Source of the DNA: Neodothiora populina
Lineage: Eukaryota
DNA: 64,000 bases
Reading direction: 5' to 3'
Assembly (NCBI RefSeq): GCF_041146345.1
Contig: NW_027191402.1
Location: 186,001-250,000 of the forward strand
In this document: positions 26,666 through 39,329 of the stretch, piece after piece
Layout of the letters: each line of letters opens with the position of its first letter
How positions within the stretch are numbered: the stretch's first letter is position 1
The notes under the pieces: generated by a model
The model's input: the letters and a program-made list of their open reading frames with translations, nothing else
What the model was told of the DNA's origin: nothing
The model's database searches: none
Translations under genes and position numbers: made by a program

Positions 26666-29288
26666 TCATAACGCGACTCCTTCATAGCTGGATCGGGTTC
26701 CGAGGTCTTCATCATCCCACCTAGCGCCTTCATAAAGGTTGCTCCTATTGCCAGTAGGGTCAAGTTTAGCAAAGAAGTCTGGAGGCACAGTTGGTATATA
26801 TCTTCTCTCTCTTTCGCGGTTGACGCCTCCAAATCCTGCGCCGTACGTGACGAGCATGTCGGTGGAAGTCGGTAGGTGGAATGGAAGCAGGATCGCTGGA
26901 TTCATGAGATTGCTTTCCGGGATATCTTCCTCGTCCTTTAACAGTATCGGAGCAGGCGTAGGAGGAGCAGGTGGTGCTTGTTGCTTTGCCACCGGGGTTG
27001 CAGGTGTCGGTGATCCGTCGCTGTTGGCTGACCCTATGAGATTGCCAGGGGTCTGATCAATAGGGGTGGCTGGAAGAGCTATTTGCGCCGCTGCAGCTCG
27101 TTCCTTGTCATGTAGCTGCTTCTTCGTCTCCTCGATGTGTTTCAAGGCTGCCTTTGGCAAGACCTTCTCGCCGACCTCGGCACGGTAGTGCTTGACAGCA
27201 TGTAAGAGTTGCTTGGTAGACAGAGCAGGCAGCTGTTCCAGAGTCAAATCTAGTGCTTCCAAGTCTTGACTCAGCGATGAGAAACATTGAAGCCACTGTA
27301 GTAGCTGAACAACAGGTTCCAGGTGTCGTCTCGCAGACTCGACCGTGTTCTCGCCTGTCGAGTTCATCGAACCATTCTCAAAGTGCTCAGGTTGTCTGTT
27401 ATTGTTTCTGGCCCAGTCTTCAAGTTGGGATATGTTCATCCGTATTTGCATGGCCTTGGTGCGAGCAAGGTATCGCTTGTTGGACATTATGCGGTTGAAG
27501 ATTTCGGCGCTCAGCCAGAAGAAAAGCTGAGAGAGGATTTGGGCGATGATGACGGAATGAATATCGTAGAGATCAAGGACGAAAAGGGACGAAGAAAGCA
27601 AAGAGGTGATGTTTCGAGGGGAAATTTGCGCCTTTCGCTTCGGAGAAGGTGGTCGGAATCTCTTTTCGAGCGGCTCCGGGGCCTTTGGCTTCGGCTTCGA
27701 TCGCAGGAAATTCCACTCATTCTGGAATTGAATGTCCTCGAACCCTGGAATGGTCTCGTGGTCCAACATTGCCTCGTTGAGCACTTTGTCCATTCGTCGT
27801 TCAGCATCCCGGATGATCAGTATGTATATCTCGTGAATCTGCTCAGCCATGCGAGCCTGGAATTCGGTGGTGACGACAGATAGGCCAGTGTCTTTTTTCA
27901 GATAGTAAAGCAGGAGGGTAGCGTTGGAGATCCAAAATGCGAGCATGGTCATGTCCCACTGCTGTTTGTCCACGACAGCGTATATCTTCTCTTGCGCGGC
28001 ACTGAGCCATACGTTCAACAATTCTCTGTTGGCGTGGTAGTGTGCGTATCGTGCACCAAGGAAGACGATGTTGGCAGGCACAGGCTTCTGCGAATGTGAT
28101 CTCTGTGGCGTCATGTCCGTGATGATGATGTTCAATATGCGGTCAAGGTCGTTTTCTTGGAACACAAACATTTGGTCATTGAGGCAGCGATCCCAGACGA
28201 ACTCCTGAGCTTCCTCTTCAAACTCATCTGGGGACTGAAAAGGTCAGCAAAAATTACTTTCCGGAAGGGAGAAGAGCCTACCTCTGGTTGTTCATCCAGG
28301 CCAAGGTTACCCAAGTCGACCTCAAGATTGATAGCACTCTCCATCATCATCCTGCGCCTCATTTCATTTTCGGCCATCTCCTCCTCGAAGCGGTCTTGCG
28401 AGAAGCCAGCATTGTAGAAATCATTCCCATCGGTAACGCCAGCATTGCCGATCGTGTAACCACTATCGTTGAGATATTCGGACATTTCGCTGTTGGGGGC
28501 GACAAAGTCCAAGGCGGTCCTGCCGGTTGACGATTGAATCTCTGTGGATGCCCCGTGGTCCAGTAACACCTTGGCGATATCCTTGTGTTGATTCGTCATC
28601 GCCCACATCAATGCGCTCCACTGATTGCGATCTTGCTTGTCGACCTGAGCGCCACTGTCTAGAAGAGTAGTCACGACATCTTTGTGACCGAAGCAACTCG
28701 CGTAGACAAGTGGGGGAGTACCCTCCGAGTCAACCGCATTGACATCGATCAATTTTGACGCATCACCACTGACAAGGCGGTCCACTCGATCGACATCGCC
28801 GTTCGAGGCAGCCATGAACAGAAAGTCCTGTAACATCTGCTTCTTCTCGGCCTCGGACAGCTTTTCATCCTTCAGAACATCTTTCTCAGCAGCCTCGGCA
28901 GCGTCGTCATCGTCATGTGGTTTGGTTTGCGTGGCCAGCATCTGCGACAATCTCTCATCATGGCTGGCAATGTCGCGCTCTGCATCGTCATAGTCGGGTT
29001 CGTGGAGGGAGAGGTTGAAGTTTGACGGTCGCGCTACGGTTGGAGCTGTGAGGAATTGAGACTGGCCTTGTCTTGGGGGTCAGTATCACGCCATGCCAAA
29101 ATGATGCCTGTTGTGCTAGTAGTACCTTGCCATGCATCATACATCTCCATCTCCTCGGGCATAGGAGTAAATCCTCTCCTATCATCTAATGACCGGGGGA
29201 GATCCATGGGTAGGTCTCGTGGTCGTGATCGTGTTTCTTCTTGGAATCCATGGCCGTCTCCACCCCCCTCATTGTCATTGTAATCCAT
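26666..29288 (-). CDS. Ankyrin-repeat and DIL (dilute) domain protein
   Basis: Three exons (donors near 29125 and 28281). Ankyrin repeats GTPPLVYAS, QWSALMWAM, GRTALDF. DIL-like region FWISNATLL and QIRMNISQLEDW...LEPVVQLLQWLQ. Confidence 0.88.
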
Positions 29289-30190
29289 ACTGTTCGACGT
29301 GGAGATGTTATGAGGTCGATTGAGGCTTATGTCCCTTGCCAGCTTGCTGCATTGTACGTGGAGTAGAGTAGCATTCGAAGCGTGCTCATGTGTGCTATCA
29401 GGACATGATCTCAGCGCTCTGGGGATGGACTTGTTGGGCTTATTACAGCTGATGCGGCAGTTGCAGATAATATTAGCAACAAAGGTGAATCTGTGGTGGG
29501 AGACGGCCTAGTTGTCGCACGACGCACTTCACTGGCTCGTGCGGTCACACTTCCGGGGCGCTGTCCCTCCCCTAATTCTACTCTACGGGACGATAATGTC
29601 ATTCTATCTTTAAAGGGGGGTGGGAAAGCCGTCTATCAGTCTGCTTTTCTAGCATCATTTCAGGGGGCCAAGTCACCGACCGCACTGCACTATACATGTC
29701 ACTCCCCGGTGATAGAGACTAATCTGATGCTACAATCAAGCCTCTCTTATACTTTGGGTATCTGTGTAAGGTAGGTAAGGTAAGGTAGGCTTCAGATAAT
29801 TACCTAGTGATTCTGCATTAATCTCTATCTTGTCCACCTTAGTCTTGTGCCCCACACCAGGCTGCCATGACGCGGATTCACTCCGCCTCTTATCGATAGG
29901 AGCGACTCAGCGATCACCTATCCACACTTTACGAGGGGAAGAAGACTCATATCTCTTAGCATCTAGACAGCCTTGCGAAAAGTACTTGAATATATAAAGA
30001 CGAGCCTGCTGTAGGTCGTGTTCTCGCTCGCATCTTTATTCATATTTTCTTTCTTTTTATTCTCGCGACTTCGTCAGCGTCTCCTAGATATTGTTGTCCA
30101 AACGTGCCCTTGTCGACACAGATCCGGCACAACCTGACTTGCACACTGACTTGCATTCTGTGCACAGCAGAAGACAAGGTCGAAGAAGAA

Positions 30191-33100
30191 ATGACTACAG
30201 AAATCAAGAGCGAACATGGCATTCGCATTGCCATTGATCGCGGTGGCACATTTACCGATTGCGTTGGTAATGCCGGCTCGGGGAAGATGGAGGATGATGT
30301 TGTAATCAAGCTATTATCTGTCGACCCTGCGAATTACGATGATGCTCCGCTGGAAGGCATCAGGAGGCTGTTATCGAAATTCACAGGCAAGGACATTCCC
30401 AGAGGCGAGCCTTTAGATACTTCAAAGATCGAAAGTATCCGCATGGGTACGACTGTCGCCACCAATGCATTATTAGAACGAAAAGGAGAGGACATTGCGA
30501 TGATTGTCACCAAAGGCTTCAAGGATTGTCTCGAAATCGGCAACCAGAGTCGACCGAATATCTTCGATCTTGGCATTAAGAAGCCTGAAGTCCTGTACAA
30601 GAAGGTGGTCGAGATTGACGAGAGAGTCACTCTTGAAGACTACGCAGAAGACCCAACGAGGAACGAAACCAAGGCCAGCCCCATCGAGGAGACCGGCGAG
30701 AATGCAGACCTAGTAAGAGGTCTCAGTGGTGAGACTGTCCGAATCTTGCAACGACCAGATCAAGATGTGATCCGGAAGCAACTACAAGAGGTCTACGATT
30801 CCGGCTTGAAGAGCATCGCCGTCTGCTTGATGCACGGCTACACCTTTCCCCAGCACGAAGCATTGATTGGCAAGATTGCAAGAGAAATCGGATTTGAGCA
30901 TGTGAGCTTGAGCCACGAACTCATGCCCATGATCAAACTCGTGCCTCGTGCTACTTCAGCATGTGCCGATGCATATCTGACTCCTGCTATCAAAAAGTAC
31001 ATCAACGGTTTCCAGAAAGGCTTTCAGGGTGGTCTAGGAAGTGCTAGTGTCAAGGAGGGTGGAGAAGCCAAGGGTGCTCGATGCGAGTTCATGCAGTCAG
31101 ATGGCGGACTCGTCGATGTTGATATATTTTCCGGACTCCGTGCCATTCTATCAGGCCCTGCTGGTGGCGTGGTTGGTTATGCACTTACTTCGTACGACCC
31201 CAAGACTAAGACTCCGGTCATCGGATTCGACATGGGCGGCACGAGTACCGATGTGAGCAGATATGGTGAAGGCCGATACGATCACGTCTTCGAGACCACT
31301 ACTGCAGGTGTCACCATCCAGTCACCACAACTAGACATTAACACGGTCGCTGCCGGTGGAGGATCGCGTCTTTTCTTCAGGAACGGTCTCTTTGTCGTTG
31401 GCCCCGAATCTGCCAGTGCCCACCCTGGTCCTGCATGTTACAGGAAGGACGGTCCGCTGACCATTACGGATGCCAATCTGTTCCTTGGCCGTCTCCTCCC
31501 AGATTTCTTTCCCAAGATATTTGGCACGAACGAGAACGAAGGGCTTGACGTCGAGGCGAGCAAAAAACTTTTCGAGGAGCTCACGGTGACCATCAACAAA
31601 GAAGTCTCCAAGGGAGATAGCTCAAAAGAAATGACTCCTGATGAGATCGCGTACGGGTTCATCAAGATTGCAAACGAGACGATGACTCGCCCAATTCGTT
31701 CATTAACAGAGGCAAGAGGTCACGACACCTCGAAGCACAGGCTAGCCACCTTTGGCGGTGCTGGGGGACAGCATGCAACTGCCATTGCAGAGGCGCTAGG
31801 TATCAGACAAGTGCTCATTCATCGTTACTCTTCCGTGCTATCTGCTTATGGAATGGCTCTTGCCGATGTTGTCGATGAACGGCAAGAACCAGAGTCCAAG
31901 GTCTGGTCTTATGACGAGGAGGTTCGACAATACCTCCAAAGCAAGATGCAGGAGTTGAAGAAGAGGTCAACCAAGACCTTGCGGGACCAGGGCTTCGAAG
32001 AAAGAAACATCCATTTCGAGGAATACCTCAACATGCGCTATCGTGGCACCGAGTCAGCTCTCATGGTGATGAAGCCCACCAAAGAAGAGAGCGAAACGGA
32101 GTTCAATGGCGACGATTGGGCGTTCGGCAAGGCTTTTGTCAAGCAACATGAACAAGAATTCGGCTTCACACTACCTGACCGAGACATCATTATCGATGAT
32201 GTGAGAGCAAGAGGTATTGGCAAGACATTCGATGGACTGGACCAGACCGTCGATGAACAACTCAAAGAAATAAAGCCCAAGAACGTCGGGAAGGGCGAAA
32301 AAACGTACGGTTCATCACAAGTCTACTTTGAAGGCGGCCGACAGGAGACATCGATCTACAAGTTGGAAGATCTAGAAGTCGGTGATAGAGTCAAGGGACC
32401 TGCAATCATTGCAGATGGCACTCAAACAATCGTCGTCACCCCGAATGCATCGGCATTGGTCATCAAGACCCATGTCGTGATCAACATTGGCGACAGCGAC
32501 GAGCAAGAAGGAAAAGTCGACACCGAGAATGTCGACCCTATCATGCTAAGTATCTTTGCTCATCGATTCATGGCTATTGCGGAGCAGATGGGAAGAGCGT
32601 TGCAAAAGACCTCAGTCAGTACGAACGTCAAAGAGCGCCTGGATTACTCTTGTGCGTTGTTTGATGCTGACGGTGGCTTGGTCGCGAACGCACCTCATCT
32701 GCCTGTTCACCTTGGCAGCATGTCCACTTGCGTCAAGAAGCAATCGCAGATCTGGAAGGGCAAGCTGAAGAAGGGCGATGTGCTCGTATCGAACCACCCA
32801 ATGTATGGTGGAACTCATCTTCCTGACATCACTGTCATTACTCCTGCATTCAGTGGCGACAAGATTGTGTTCTATGTCGCTTCCCGAGCTCACCACGCAG
32901 ATATCGGCGGTATCCTTCCGGGTTCGATGCCGCCGCATTCGCGTGAGCTGTACCAAGAGGGTGCTTCCATCAAGACGGAGAAGCTCGTGTCAGAGGGCAA
33001 GTTCAACGAGAAGCGCATTACGGAGCTTCTGCTCGACGAGCCGGCCCAATACCCGGGCTGCTCAGGCACGCGCTGCTTGGCCGACAACATCAACGACTTG

Positions 33101-34288
33101 AAGGCACAGATTGCAGCCAACCAAAAGGGTATCAACCTAATCAGCACACTCATTGGCGACTACGGTGAGGAAGTTGTGCAGTTTTATATGCACAGCATCC
33201 AAGACAACGCCGAGCAATCAGTGCGTGCCTTACTGAAGCAGGTTTCAAAACGATTCGAAGGCCAAGATCTGTCTGCTATCGACTTCATGGATGATGGGTC
33301 ACCCATCAAACTCAAGGTGTCGATCGATAGCGAAAAGGGCGAAGCCGTCTTTGACTTTACTGGCACAGGTCCCGAAGTGTACGGCAACATAAACGCTCCC
33401 GAAGCAGTCACGTACAGCGCCATCATCTACTGCTTGCGATGTCTGATCAGCGAAGACATTCCCTTGAACCAAGGCTGCCTCAAGCCCGTCACGGTAAAGA
33501 TCCCGAAGAAGTCATTCCTATCACCATCCGCAACAGCAGCAGTCGTTGGCGGCAACGTCCTCACCTCGCAACGAGTCACCGACGTCGTGCTCAAAGCCTT
33601 CGACGCGTGCGCTGCATCTCAAGGCGACTGCAACAATCTCACATTCGGATTCGGCGGCAAGTCCGAGTCCGGCGAAGTCACGCAAGGATTTGGCTACTAC
33701 GAGACCATCGCCGGCGGCTCAGGTGCTGGACCGACATGGAACGGAACGTCGGGCGTGCACACGCACATGACCAACACGCGCATCACAGACTCGGAAGTCT
33801 TCGAGCGACGCTACCCCGTCGTGCTGCGCGAGTTCAGCATCCGCGAAGGCAGCAGAGGGCAGGGCCAGCATCCCGGAGGCGACGGTGTCGTGCGCGACAT
33901 CGAGTTCAGAATCCCGGTCCAGGTATCCATCTTGTCTGAACGAAGAGTCTACCACCCGTACGGACTAGAGGGAGGCGAAGACGCCGCGTGCGGCCTGAAC
34001 ATCTGGGTCCGCAAGGTGCCGAAGCTACAAGGTCCAGAGGACACAGCAACGGGCGTGGCATCAGAAAAAGAGGAAGAATACGAAGAGAGAAGAATCAACC
34101 TCGGAGCCAAGAACACGGCGTCGATGCAGCCGGGCGAGAGAATCATCATCAATACGCCCGGTGGAGGCGGTTGGGGACCCGTGGGCGAGGAGAGCAGGGC
34201 CAACAAGCATCTGTGGGCTGATCCCAAACAGGCTTGGAGACAGGGCAGTGTGGCTATGAGACAGGCGGAGGCCGAGGCGTCTGCTTAG
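30191..34288 (+). CDS. oxp1: 5-oxoprolinase (ATP-hydrolysing; fused hydantoinase A/B)
   Basis: Single long exon. IDRGGTFTD, MGTTVATNALLERKG, DMGGTSTDVS, NVKERLDYSCA, GGTHLPD, YYETIAGGSGA, HTHMTNTRITD, TPGGGGWG. Confidence 0.96.
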   Translation: MTTEIKSEHGIRIAIDRGGTFTDCVGNAGSGKMEDDVVIKLLSVDPANYDDAPLEGIRRLLSKFTGKDIPRGEPLDTSKIESIRMGTTVATNALLERKGEDIAMIVTKGFKDCLEIGNQSRPNIFDLGIKKPEVLYKKVVEIDERVTLEDYAEDPTRNETKASPIEETGENADLVRGLSGETVRILQRPDQDVIRKQLQEVYDSGLKSIAVCLMHGYTFPQHEALIGKIAREIGFEHVSLSHELMPMIKLVPRATSACADAYLTPAIKKYINGFQKGFQGGLGSASVKEGGEAKGARCEFMQSDGGLVDVDIFSGLRAILSGPAGGVVGYALTSYDPKTKTPVIGFDMGGTSTDVSRYGEGRYDHVFETTTAGVTIQSPQLDINTVAAGGGSRLFFRNGLFVVGPESASAHPGPACYRKDGPLTITDANLFLGRLLPDFFPKIFGTNENEGLDVEASKKLFEELTVTINKEVSKGDSSKEMTPDEIAYGFIKIANETMTRPIRSLTEARGHDTSKHRLATFGGAGGQHATAIAEALGIRQVLIHRYSSVLSAYGMALADVVDERQEPESKVWSYDEEVRQYLQSKMQELKKRSTKTLRDQGFEERNIHFEEYLNMRYRGTESALMVMKPTKEESETEFNGDDWAFGKAFVKQHEQEFGFTLPDRDIIIDDVRARGIGKTFDGLDQTVDEQLKEIKPKNVGKGEKTYGSSQVYFEGGRQETSIYKLEDLEVGDRVKGPAIIADGTQTIVVTPNASALVIKTHVVINIGDSDEQEGKVDTENVDPIMLSIFAHRFMAIAEQMGRALQKTSVSTNVKERLDYSCALFDADGGLVANAPHLPVHLGSMSTCVKKQSQIWKGKLKKGDVLVSNHPMYGGTHLPDITVITPAFSGDKIVFYVASRAHHADIGGILPGSMPPHSRELYQEGASIKTEKLVSEGKFNEKRITELLLDEPAQYPGCSGTRCLADNINDLKAQIAANQKGINLISTLIGDYGEEVVQFYMHSIQDNAEQSVRALLKQVSKRFEGQDLSAIDFMDDGSPIKLKVSIDSEKGEAVFDFTGTGPEVYGNINAPEAVTYSAIIYCLRCLISEDIPLNQGCLKPVTVKIPKKSFLSPSATAAVVGGNVLTSQRVTDVVLKAFDACAASQGDCNNLTFGFGGKSESGEVTQGFGYYETIAGGSGAGPTWNGTSGVHTHMTNTRITDSEVFERRYPVVLREFSIREGSRGQGQHPGGDGVVRDIEFRIPVQVSILSERRVYHPYGLEGGEDAACGLNIWVRKVPKLQGPEDTATGVASEKEEEYEERRINLGAKNTASMQPGERIIINTPGGGGWGPVGEESRANKHLWADPKQAWRQGSVAMRQAEAEASA

Positions 34289-34626
34289 ATGGACGGAGGC
34301 GTATATAAACCCTAGGCAAGGCCTAAAGATTGCATGTGATTTTGATCACGAATCTACCAAATTGGTCACGGTATAGATTGAGCATGGGTAAGGCAGGCGA
34401 CATCTCAATGAATAGGCAAGAATGAACAGACTTCAAGTATGAAACGTTTTAGTATATGTATGATTCGTAGAGTACGTTGCGATTTGCGTGCGATGAGCGA
34501 CTTGTAAAATCAAAGGGTATCCGAGCCACGCGATTCTTTCCTTTCCATCCAACCCCAGTATGCCAAAAAGGCCAATACCATGCCTCGAATAACGCCCAGC
34601 CCTCTTTCCTTCATGACACATCGACC

Positions 34627-35291
34627 TCAAGAAGAAGCCACAGGACTATCCTCCCTGAGAACCGCACTCGCGGACCCAAAACTACTGCCGGCCTCACTGT
34701 TCTCGGGACTCGTCTCAGGACTGACAATATACAAACTATCGTATCTGCCGAACAAGAGACGGTTCCAGTAGACGCTCGAGGGCAGGCGGATCTCGGCGAG
34801 CGATGAGTCGTAGTTTGGGTATTTACTGTATTCGAGGCGTTCGGACGGCAGGTAGAGGTCGTGGCGCTTGACTTCTAGCGAGGAGGCGAAGCGCGGGATT
34901 TGTTTCTTTGTTACGCGGCTGTGTTGCGCGTGCGTTGTGTCGTCTGGAAGAGGGGGGGGAAAGGGGGGTCAGTTATGAATCTTGGTGTTCCAGACGATGA
35001 TGAGGCGCAGAACTGTGAGCTTTGGGTAATGCGATGGGGATGTGGGATTGTGGTTATAGCGAATCGGAACAGGATCTTTTATTACTCACTGTCGAGTTCC
35101 TGACACAAGTCCTTTTGCGACGTCGTCGAAATGTCGCCGCCGTAAGTGTATTTCAGGATCGGAGTCGTGTCTTCCTCGTCCAGGTCGTAGCGCATGGCTG
35201 TGCTTGACGTCGTCGATGCGTCGCTCTTCCATGTGCCCGTCGACCTCTGAGCGTCCGTGTCCGTGTCGATGCTGTGTAGTGCGTCCGTCAT
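34627..35291 (-). CDS. Hypothetical two-exon protein (about 170 aa)
   Basis: Exon 1 (MTDALHS...CQELD) ends at donor GTGAGT near 35089. The intron has a CTGAC branch site, a polypyrimidine tract and CAG near 34945. Exon 2 is in phase and open for about 105 codons to TGA at 34627. Confidence 0.6.
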
Positions 35292-36032
35292 GATGATTCG
35301 TGTGGAGTGTGACTGATGCCTTGGGGTTTCGAGTGGTCGTCCTAGCGTGTAGGGTTTCGAGTGGGTTTCTACAAGACTAGGCGTCGCTTTGGAAGGCACG
35401 AGACGATGTGAAGTGGGAACGTTGGGTCAGGTTACCAACAAAGGTAGGCGCGGTAGATCAGGTGGTCTTGGTTCAGTCTGCGACAACTGGGACTGCGGAG
35501 TCCTGCCCGATGTGGTGGAAATGGTGACTGTGTTGTCTTTAAGCGCCGACTGCTGTGAAATCAGAGGTTATGCGCTGGCCGTGTCCCGATTGTTTTCGAT
35601 GTCTTTTCCTTTTGGTTGGCAATTAGTGATTGATTGATTGAACGAGACAGACGGTCGTGGAAAGAATGACTCTTTGCTCAGCCTCCTGCATTCGTGATTG
35701 GTGCAGTTTACTTGGCCTGTTGCTTGCAGCCCGTTGTCGTCATCCCAGGGTCCGTAACGCCGCTACTCTATCACTCTTTAGGCCTTCTCCGGTCACTTCT
35801 ATGCCCACCGCACCGCCACAGAGGCAGCCATAGCTGCAAGTGCACAGTGCAACAAGTGTCAGCCACACTCCGCTCTACTAGCTCCCACCTTCCCGCCCGC
35901 CTCCCCTACAGTAAAGTCTTGTTCGTGATTCCTTACCATCTTGGGCTGCCGAGAGACGAAGATAAGCGGACATTGGATCCGATAGTAGTGCAGGCCTTTA
36001 TCGCCATAGACGACATGCTGCTGTGATAGGCA

Positions 36033-39000
36033 ATGCCTACTGGTCAGTCTTCGTCTCTTGGGCGCAGATTCGACCGACGGAATGTGAGTTTCTGTTTTCT
36101 CGTACACCGACGTTCAGCCTCACCTCACCTGCTGACATGATCCAGCTGCGAAATGCTACTTTGATCTTACCACGAACGGGCGAACGTGTTCGTCGTGTAT
36201 TCACCCTTCCAGCTTTGGGCCAGGATTCTGATGATGCTCACAACGAGCATGGCCCTGCCGAGGAGCGCGAGTCTCTGATCGGTCAAGTCGTTTCTTCATC
36301 CCCTCGCTCTGGCTTCACCTATCGTCTATATCATGCGAGAGATGCTGCGGTCAACTTTTGTGAATCAACCACTGGTCAAGGCATCTTCAAGTGCTCTGTA
36401 GCCTATCTGCTTGGCTCTCTTGCCACTTTTGTACCCTTCATCTCTGCTTTTTTGGGTAAGCAAGATGGAAAACATGTCGTCGCCACCGTCACCGTCTACT
36501 TTCATCCCTCTCGCACTGCCGGTAGCATGGCTGAAGCTTTCGTTATCGCGATGCTTGCCTTCTGTTATGCTGCTTTTATCGACTTCAGCAGTATGGGCCT
36601 CAGTATGGCATTGGGAACGCGTGGCCTGCTCGTCTTGGGACATGCTCTGGTTTTGATCTTCTTCTGCGGTGGAGGACTGGGTCTCGTCGCCTGGACGAAG
36701 CAGAGGCTTGGTCATCCCACTGTCAACGTCGGTTGCAGTCTGGCTTCTCTGGCTATCATCACTGTCTTGACCAAGGAGGGCTCTGTCCAAGCTGCCAAGT
36801 TCTCTGAAGCTAAAGTCGTTCAGGTGCTCAAAATGGTTATTATGGGCATGGCAGCTACCACTGCTGTGAACTTGTTGATAAAGCCCAGATATGCGCGCAA
36901 AGAGCTTTGCCGTGATATGACCAAAGTCACTGATATACTCGGCGACAAACTCATCGCAATCACCAGAGCCTTCTTGTCTGGCTCCGAGGAGGAAATGCGC
37001 AGCTCTGCTTACCAGCGTCTTGACAAAGATTACCGTTCCACTGCGAGCTCAATGCGGAAGAACCTCAACGAGTCACGTTGGGAGCACTACGTTGTTGGCA
37101 CAGAGAAGCAGTACACCATTGAGGCCAACCTGGTCAGATGCCTCCAGAGGCTCTCCCAGAATATGGGCGGTCTCTCGAGTGCCGCAGCTACCCAATTTAC
37201 TTTTCTCAAGACACCGTCCAATTTTAGCAGGCAAGATTCCAGCATGTCTTCCACTAGCCCCTCAACACTTGATATACCCAGATCCAATGGTGCTTCCACT
37301 CCTACTCAAAGCATTAAGGGTCGTCCCACCCTCGAGTCTATCTCCGAGACTCCAGAGTTTGGTACTTCGCCAGCTTCAAGGAGCAGTCCTGACCCTTCCA
37401 ATCCATCAACATTGGCGAACAGCATGTTGGACTCTCATCAGCTACTGTCACCCGGAGATATGTTCACTACCTTCATCAGGCAACTTGGACCACCACTGAA
37501 GTCGCTCGCTTTCACACTCAAACAGATTCTCGACGAACTACCCTTCAAGCCCGACTCTGACAACGAAATTGCCATAAACACAAACTTTCGCTCCAGTCTT
37601 GCGGCGGCAATAGACCTTTTCAATGGTGCGCGACGAGATGCTCTCTCCACTTTGTATCGGAACAAGGAGATTAGCGGTACCCACTCACTCGAACGCGTTG
37701 CAGATCTTGAAGAAGTGGCGGCAAGCTGTGGTCACTTTGCAGCAGCCATGATTGACTTTGCTGAGGATGTTGTGCTCTATCTCGATCTGTTGGAAGAGCT
37801 CAAGGCCGAAACCGAAGTACAGCCTCGTTCACGCTCCTGGTGGTGGCTAGCTTTCTGGAGAAAATGGTCAGGTGCACCTGGCTCTCGAGCGGTGTCAAAT
37901 GAGATGCGTCTACCAGAGCCACATGATATAGAAGCATTATCCACAGACATAACCAAGCCCATCAAGCGTGCAGACCAATTCGCCAAGAACGCACAGGACC
38001 AAAAGGAGCCGTTGACACATCGAATCTACCGCACGCTGAGAGTCGTCCGTCGAGATGACATTCGTTTCGCAGTCAAGGTCGGTGTGGGTGCTGCACTGTT
38101 CGCTCTGCCTTCTTTTCTAGCCGTGACTCGCCCATTCTTTTCTCATTGGCGTGGTGAGTGGGGACTGGTGTCGTACATGGTCGTCTGCAGTATGACTATC
38201 GGAGCATCCAACACTACAGGTTTCGAACGTTTCCTCGGTACTGCGCTCGGTGCAGTATTTGCGATCGTCGCCTGGATTGCGGCAGACGAAAACCCCTGGC
38301 TGCTTGGGTTTTTCGGCTGGCTGGTGTCGATCTTCTGTTTTTACATTATCTTGGCCCTGGGCAAGGGACCTATGGGTCGATTTATCCTGCTCACGTACAA
38401 TCTGTCCGCCTTGTATGCCTATCTGTTGGCTAGCAGGGACGACGAGGATGATGACGACGAGGGCGGTATCAACCCTGAGATATGGGGGATCGTGCTTCAC
38501 AGATTCTTGTCTGTCGTTGCAGGGTGTATATGGGGTATCATAGTGACACGCGTGCTATGGCCCATCTCGGCGCGTCGAAAACTGAAAGACGGCATATGTG
38601 TGCTCTGGCTCCGCATGTCTCTGATCTGGAAACGCGATCCTTTGGCCATGTTCCTGCTCGGCGAACCAGTGAGCAACTACATGGACATACGGGAAGAAGC
38701 CGAGCTTCAGACCTATTTGACCCAACTCGACTCCTTACGCAAGGCCGCGGCCTCGGAGTTCGAACTCCGCGCACCCTTCCCGGACAAAGTAACGCAGAGG
38801 ATCCTAGACCGAACGCAGCGCATGCTCGACAACTTCCATGCCATGAACGTGGTCATCTCCAAAGATCTCAAAGCCTCTCCGGGGGAAGCAGAAGTGTTGC
38901 GATACACACGCGCCGAGAGATTCGCCCTGTCCGCGCGCATCAGCCATCTGTTTTCCGTTCTGGCTTCCAGCATCAAGCTCGAGTATCCACTCAACGACGT

Positions 39001-39220
39001 CTTGCCCAATATTGATCACACGCGTGACAGGCTCCTGGCCAAGATTTTCGAGTTTCGGCGCGATGCCGACAAGGCTGGTCTGGCCACCGAAGAGGACTAT
39101 GAGTTGTTGTACGCTTATGCGCTCGTGACGGGCCAGTTGGCGCAGGATATTGTTGCGATCGGAGGGGATTTGGAGGAGATGTTTGGGCGGTTGGACGAGG
39201 ATAGTCTGAGATTGTATTAA
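36033..39220 (+). CDS. FUSC/ArAE-like (aromatic acid exporter-related) multi-pass membrane protein
   Basis: Exon 1 36033-36083 (MPTGQSS...DRRN), intron 36084-36145 (GTGAGT...GCTGAC..CCAG). Two TM bundles; RFAVKVGVG, WRGEWGLVS, TIGASNTTG, VLWPISARRKL. Confidence 0.85.
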
Positions 39221-39329
39221 GAATTCTTGTAACAAGGAGAATGTGCAAAATATGTTATCAGATGAATTGATTATCTCGACGTTCATTATGGTCTCTTTTT
39301 GTTTCGTGAATGGTCAACTGTAAGATGCA

